Below are positions 7,424 through 9,031 of a DNA stretch of 9,031 bases, one piece after another; position 1 is the stretch's first letter, and each line of letters opens with the position of its first letter. Origin of the DNA: Octopus sinensis (lineage: Eukaryota); NCBI RefSeq assembly GCF_006345805.1, contig NW_021828166.1, positions 1 to 9,031 of the forward strand. The letters run 5' to 3'. The notes under the pieces are model-generated. The model was not told the DNA's origin. It saw only the letters and a list, made by a program, of their open reading frames with translations, and did no database searches. The translations under genes were made by a program, and so were the position numbers.

Positions 7424-8053
7424 GACCTAGACGTCTCTTCAAGACCTAAACGTTGCTTCAAGACCTAGACGTCTCTTCAAGACCTAAACGTTGCTTCAAG
7501 ACCTAGACGTCGCTTCAAGACCTAGACGTCGCTTCAAAACCTAGACGTCGCTTCAAGACCTAGACGTCGCTTCAAAACCTAGACGTCGCTTCAATATCTA
7601 GACGTCGCTTCAAGACCTAGACGTCGCTTCAAAACCTAGACGTCGCTTCAATATCTAGACGTCGCTTCAAAACCTAGACGTCGCTTCAAGACCTAGACGT
7701 CGCTTCAAAACCTAGACGTCGCTTCAAGATCTAGACGTCGCTTCAAAACCTAGACGTCGCTTCAAACCTAGACGTCTCGCTTCAAGACCTAGACGTCGCT
7801 TCAAAAACCTAGACTTCGCTTCAAGACAGAACGCGTCGCTTCAAAACCTAGACGTCGCTTCAAAACCTAGACATCGCTTCAATATCTAGACGTCGCTTCA
7901 AGACCTAGACGTCGCTTCAAAACCTAGACGTCGCTTCAAGACCTAGACGTCGCTTCAAAACCTAGACGTCGCTTCAAGACCTAGACGTCGCTTCAAAACC
8001 TAGACGTCGCTTCAAAACCTAGACGTCGCTTCAAGACCTAGACGTCGCTTCAA
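7424..8053. repeat. 19-bp minisatellite, 33 copies, consensus (G/A)ACCTAGACGTCGCTTCAA
   Basis: counted by hand: 30 units of 19 bp plus 3 of 20 bp = 630 bp, head-to-tail, no spacers. Confidence 0.97.
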
Positions 8054-8163
8054 GTCGAGTCGCTACTTCTCTGCATTGAGAAATTACAGCTTCTGTACTA
8101 TGGACATGCAATTAAGATATCGCAGGAAAGAATCGCAAGGCGGATTCTTTAAGCCGAACCAAC

Positions 8164-8206
8164 TGGTAGACCAAAAATGGTAGACCAAAAAGTGGTAGAC
8201 CAAAAA
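8164..8206 (+). repeat. 14/15-bp tandem triplication TGGTAGACCAAAAA(G) in the RTE GRP motif
   Basis: copies at 8164-8177, 8178-8192 and 8193-8206. Confidence 0.9.
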
Positions 8207-8549
8207 TGAAATGGTTGGATAATATCCATAGTCTCAGTTGATCACGCTTGTAAATATGGCAGTAAAATTTAATGATGGTTGTTTCTGATAGGAACCAATT
8301 GAGGAGATACCTGAAAACTCTACACCCGCGGCTATCTCTGAAACAGTGGGCAGGAAGACGGGTGGATCGATGGATCTTTTGTTTTTAATCAGAATAAAAT
8401 TAAAATATTTTAGGAGCCGGACATGGGATGTTTTGGCCTTCACACTATTCCTGTTCTTCCTTTTGTTCTTTGACAACGTTTCATCCTAGGACCAGATCTA
8501 CAATGAAAGGGGCCCCAAGTCCGATTGCTACCATTCCTCTTGTTTAGCC

Positions 8550-8790
8550 CAATGGTTTTCAACCATATTTTGCATATGCATCCCTTTGATTCGTATTTTA
8601 TTCAGGAAGAAAGGGAACCCTCGTAACCATTTACTGTCTAAAACTACTATATTTTTATGATTAAATATTATTAGGAATTGTATTTTAAAAAAATCTTCAA
8701 ATATCTTGTGCATTGTAGGAATATAACCAAGATTATTGCTCGTAAATTTTAACTACAAAATCTTATATGGATCCCAGTTGAGAACCATTT
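8550..8790. mobile_element. hAT-type (Charlie-like termini) MITE, about 241 bp, old
   Basis: TIR CAATGGTTTTCAAC (8550-8563) vs GTTGAGAACCATTT (8777-8790), 12/14, close to the CAGTGGTTCTCAAC hAT terminus. Degenerate 8-bp TSD GTTTAGCC (8542-8549) / GATAAGCC (8791-8798), 6/8. AT-rich interior. Confidence 0.7.
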
Positions 8791-8814
8791 GATAAGCCCA
8801 TTCTTTCTTCTTTC

Positions 8815-8890
8815 TTTTTTTAAAGACTTATGGGTGTGACACGAGGATTTGGTTATTATTTCCAGCAATCGACAACAATGAGATTCCCTG
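8815..8890. mobile_element. Degenerate fragment of an octopus-type interspersed repeat
   Basis: tttaaagac...gggtgtga...gaggattttggttattatttccagca resembles recalled tttaaagacggtagggtgtgatttgagggagatttggctgctatttctagca. Recall only. Confidence 0.35.
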
Positions 8891-9031
8891 ATTAGCGTCA
8901 CTCACATCTTACTCTTTTTAAATACAATAGGCGGCGAATGTCAAAACAATTGTGAAAGGAGGATTTTTTTCTTTTAATTTTCTTCGACCAGGAAATGAAA
9001 CCGCGTCGCCAAGAACCAAACTGACATACAG

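Larger units (their letters stand above)
7097..8375 (+). mobile_element. Old RTE-clade LINE remnant (Rex3/Expander-like), 5'-truncated, internally deleted and interrupted by a minisatellite
   Basis: Manual translation: 7097-7324 SPEGDLRHALIDFGVKCCKEGMEISVSKTETLVLSR...SLKQK*RLKDLGEIFTSDERQE (late RT motifs, decayed FKYLG); ~7326-7404 KLSKK/AKLAVFNWLFVLLLTSGRECW (LTYG.E.W); from 8045 SLQVESLLLCIEKLQLLYYGHAIKISQERIARRIL*AEPTGRP..GRPKMKWLDNI...DRNQLRRYLKTLHPR; ends in a degenerate (GATG)n tail gacgggtggatcgatggat. Motif order matches the RTE C-terminus. Confidence 0.88.

Noticed and set aside
7213-7461. 82-aa minus-strand ORF (and 8234-8476 minus)
   Set aside because: Antisense to the RTE remnant; the meaningful translation is on the plus strand
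7424-8053. CRISPR array
   Set aside because: Units are contiguous with no unique spacers; no cas genes; eukaryotic repeat context

Overview
Repeat-saturated, non-genic eukaryotic DNA with no supportable host gene, RNA gene or CRISPR array. The repeat types and compound TA/TG/TATG/GATA microsatellites (roughly a fifth of the window) resemble, from recall only, an octopus genome. Main contents: (1) a 415-bp MITE with 28-bp perfect TIRs, an 8-bp TSD and internal (TTAGGG)3, nested in a TA-flanked Tc1/mariner-type MITE (927-1471); (2) a ~51-bp-arm near-perfect fold-back (1906-2023); (3) a 5'-truncated L1/Tx1-type LINE on the minus strand (~4320-5956) inside a (GATA)n array, with many 1-bp frameshifts but no stops in the reconstructed frame; (4) an old RTE-clade (Rex3/Expander-like) LINE remnant on the plus strand (7097-8375) containing a 33 x 19-bp minisatellite; (5) a hAT-type MITE (8550-8790) and several SINE-like fragments. 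The long ORFs in the ORF track are microsatellite artefacts or LINE pieces. The best novelty candidate is a possibly (TATC)n-targeting Tx1-like retrotransposon family.
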